NCBI RefSeq assembly: GCF_003918875.1
Contig: NW_025767157.1
Location: 1,922,001-1,986,000, forward strand
DNA from: Haliotis rubra
Taxonomy: Eukaryota
Length of the DNA: 64,000 bases
Reading direction: 5' to 3'
This document shows positions 61,308 to 64,000 of this stretch, in pieces; the stretch's first letter is position 1; each line of letters begins with the position of its first letter. The position numbers and the translations under genes are program-made. The notes under the pieces are model-generated. The model did no database searches. It worked only from the letters and a program-made list of their open reading frames with translations, and was not told the DNA's origin.

Positions 61308-64000
61308 TTGGAACTAGCCGCGTCACCATCGTCCTCGTCGTCGTCATCGTCGCTGCTGTTGTTGTTATTGTTGTCACAGTCGTGCACGTCATGACGGTGA
61401 CGGACCAAGCTCCCTGCGCCGATAGTCCCATGTGCGTGTGGTGTATGTGCTTTTCATAGTTGGCGAATACTCGGCGTTAGAGAAACCTTCTACAGCAGGC
61501 CAAAAGGACCAACTTACATTTGTATAGCTCTGTGAAGGAAGTGGATTACGGGTAATTCTTTATTATTGTTGTTGCTGTTGTCCCAAAGAGGGATGTGTAT
61601 GACAGGGAAAGGCGTGCAAGGTTCAAGATATCTAAGTCCTTACTAGCAAGTATTTTGTAGTGATTGTTATGTGTGGGGTCGGGAGTTGCTGAGGGGCACC
61701 GCCCTGACCCCCAGCTGAATGTTGTACCTGTACACGAGAAACTGAAATCCTAAGTACATATGCCCGAAGGTTCACTGTTGTTGATGCTGAAGCGATACCA
61801 AAAAGAATCCTATACGTTCGTTGTTTTCCGTCATGAAAATAGATTTGACTGTTTTAAGACTATGAAATTATATGTACTTTTGTTGTGTACCAACTACGGA
61901 GAGTCCCATATTAAATGGCCTACATCTGCAAAAATGTGTACATAATTTTAAACTGAATGAAAAATTGAAAACTATGTCAGATATTTGTCTTTTGTCACCA
62001 CGTACTGCGTACATCCTAAGGAATCTGGTTTATTGTGGTAGGAGCTAGGTGAGATTGACATGGTGGAATTAGGGATAGAAAGTGCTTCCAATCGGCGAAG
62101 TGAGCAATTTCAGTGGAATTCTCTTTCCTCGAATTTCAAGTAAGCGTTTTCGGGTTAGGGACTTGAGCTTTCAGAGGACGCTATTAGCCAGCCTAAAGTT
62201 AGCAAAACACATGGACATTTGTGTTGAATTACATGCATTGGCCTCGGCGTTGAGCGTTAAGCCTGGTCTCACAGGGCCACGCCTGCGCTGAAGTAGAGGG
62301 CCCAGGCGCAGATGTGGTCCACCCGACACCTGATATCATTACAAGCCAGTCCACCTGAAATTCTACAAGGGTTCCCTTTCCCGAGGCGAGCATACTCCAG
62401 AGGGGTAGACAAATACCCGGTTATTCACTGATGCAAACACTTAGCGTATTTCCCGTAGTTCCTCTGTCCTATAGCTTCTGTCAATTACATTATGGCTGTG
62501 GAGAGGGGTCTGGACATTCCGTCCGGCCCAGCTAAACAATTTAGCTATCTGTCTGCCACTCACATGTGTGATAAAAGATTAATTTCCAGATGAGGTTGTA
62601 CAAACATTTGATTTGGCGCGTGTATGTGTGGAACAGCAGCCCGATCTGTGAATGCCGGACCTCCATTTACACGGATAATGGAGCCAAAGGGAGATGTTGA
62701 TAAAGGTTTGGGACTGGTTTACGCTGCAGTAGCCCGCGCATGTTGGAAAGAGAGAGGGAGGGAACGAGCGCAATCACTTGTACTCACGACGCTAAGAGTA
62801 GTCAGAGATAAATCTTCCCCGGAAAGGTTAAAGGGGGAGATTTATCAGCCATGCTTGACAGCAAGGCGAGCAGCTAGCCCGATTTTCTTATGGCGGGAGC
62901 TTCGACCAAAATATCGTCTGCTCTTGAAAGGCTATCGTTTTTCAATCCCCTTCTTTAGGTCCTGGGTCGCTTTGTGGGTTTCCACACCAGGGCAGGCAAG
63001 AGAGTATGCTTGATTGCTACTGGGAACAAACCGGTAGTTATTCCGCGTGGTACTGTTACAATAAGGTTGGGGGGAACGTGAGGATTCGGGACCTACTCGA
63101 CCATGGCATCGATTCATATCTCTAAATATTGACAAATTACTTCAGCATAAAGAGCAGATCTAACGGCTTCTGAGTGTGAGTCTCCACTTGGCGTGTGTGA
63201 TAATGAGCGATATCATAACCCGACAAATCTGAGTGGTGTAATTAACTCTACTTCTATACAGTTAGTCGGACGATGAAACCACACCATCGTACACAATTCC
63301 CTCCAACATGCTTGTCGTCTGCTGTGGCGGCTACGGTTCAGAACTGTGCTTAAAGGGAGACTGGACTAAATATAAGCAGTACGCTAGCAGGCGGGCCAGT
63401 CGGGGTCGCCATAAACATTTATTACCCTTTATTTCTTTTCTTCCCCTCATACTCCGTGGCTACATGAACTGTATTAATGATCCGCATGCGACACCTTTTA
63501 AACCATCAAACATTCGCCAGGATGGTCTGTTGATTTGGGCTGAAATTTACATACTGTGTTGGCGTTGTCTAAAACAACGTGTTGTAACCTTGGAAGACAA
63601 CTTGCTTGCAAACGTGTAGAATGGAGTGGATTTATTTATCACTGCATTATTGATTTTTTTATGGAAGCAAGGCGCCTAAGTGGATAAACCGCGCCAAAAC
63701 TGACTGGTAAAGAGGACCGGATACAGGTATGTCTGTATGCCAGATATACACGGCCTTATCACGTTAGGAGCAGCGACACTGTCCGTGACTCTCGTAAAAT
63801 GCACGTGCATTCTGACTCTTGTTTAGGTTGAGCTCCACGCGGTCTCAATGTCCCAGAAGGTCGTGCATACACAGCACAGCTAGCGGCCTTGAACGCATAC
63901 CGGACATTGCTTCCAAAATACCTCTGTACAGTCAGTTATGTGGACGAAGGAGAGAGCACAACCACATTTCAAATTGTTCTAATCGAACGGCGTGGGTCAT

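Noticed and set aside
60803-61431. Antisense ORFs over the Fzd4 3' end
   Set aside because: Shadow ORFs of the coding strand and of GTC/GTT triplet repeats in the 3' UTR; no independent support.

Overview
Eukaryotic, AT-rich, intron-rich animal DNA; gene content and SINE style suggest a mollusc such as an abalone-like gastropod (inference). Four clear protein-coding loci and one probable one, exons assembled by hand from splice signals and phase: (1) FoxO exon 1 on the minus strand (1209-1556), with the rest of the gene off the left edge; (2) a probable orphan 6-exon minus-strand gene (4977-10628) that appears to share a bidirectional promoter with TEX11; (3) a complete 29-exon TEX11/ZIP4 meiotic TPR gene on the plus strand (11682-36464, ~920 aa); (4) an uncharacterised ~14-exon coiled-coil gene on the minus strand (39521-56648, ~520 aa) whose introns hold six unrelated tandem repeats; (5) an intronless Frizzled-4 on the plus strand (59589-61307). 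Introns carry two SINE families, several MITEs, a 2.4-kb TIR element (Sola-like), a Tc1 relic and an L1/Tx1-like LINE relic. Most notable: a 42-bp in-frame minisatellite that multiplies the TEX11 exon-7 splice donor 13 times; a 34-bp minisatellite holding about 20 perfect FoxO sites; a transposon carrying about 15 MYB-like motifs next to the TEX11 promoter; and a FoxO-TEX11(-Fzd4) linkage resembling human Xq13/11q14. There are no prokaryotic systems or CRISPR arrays.
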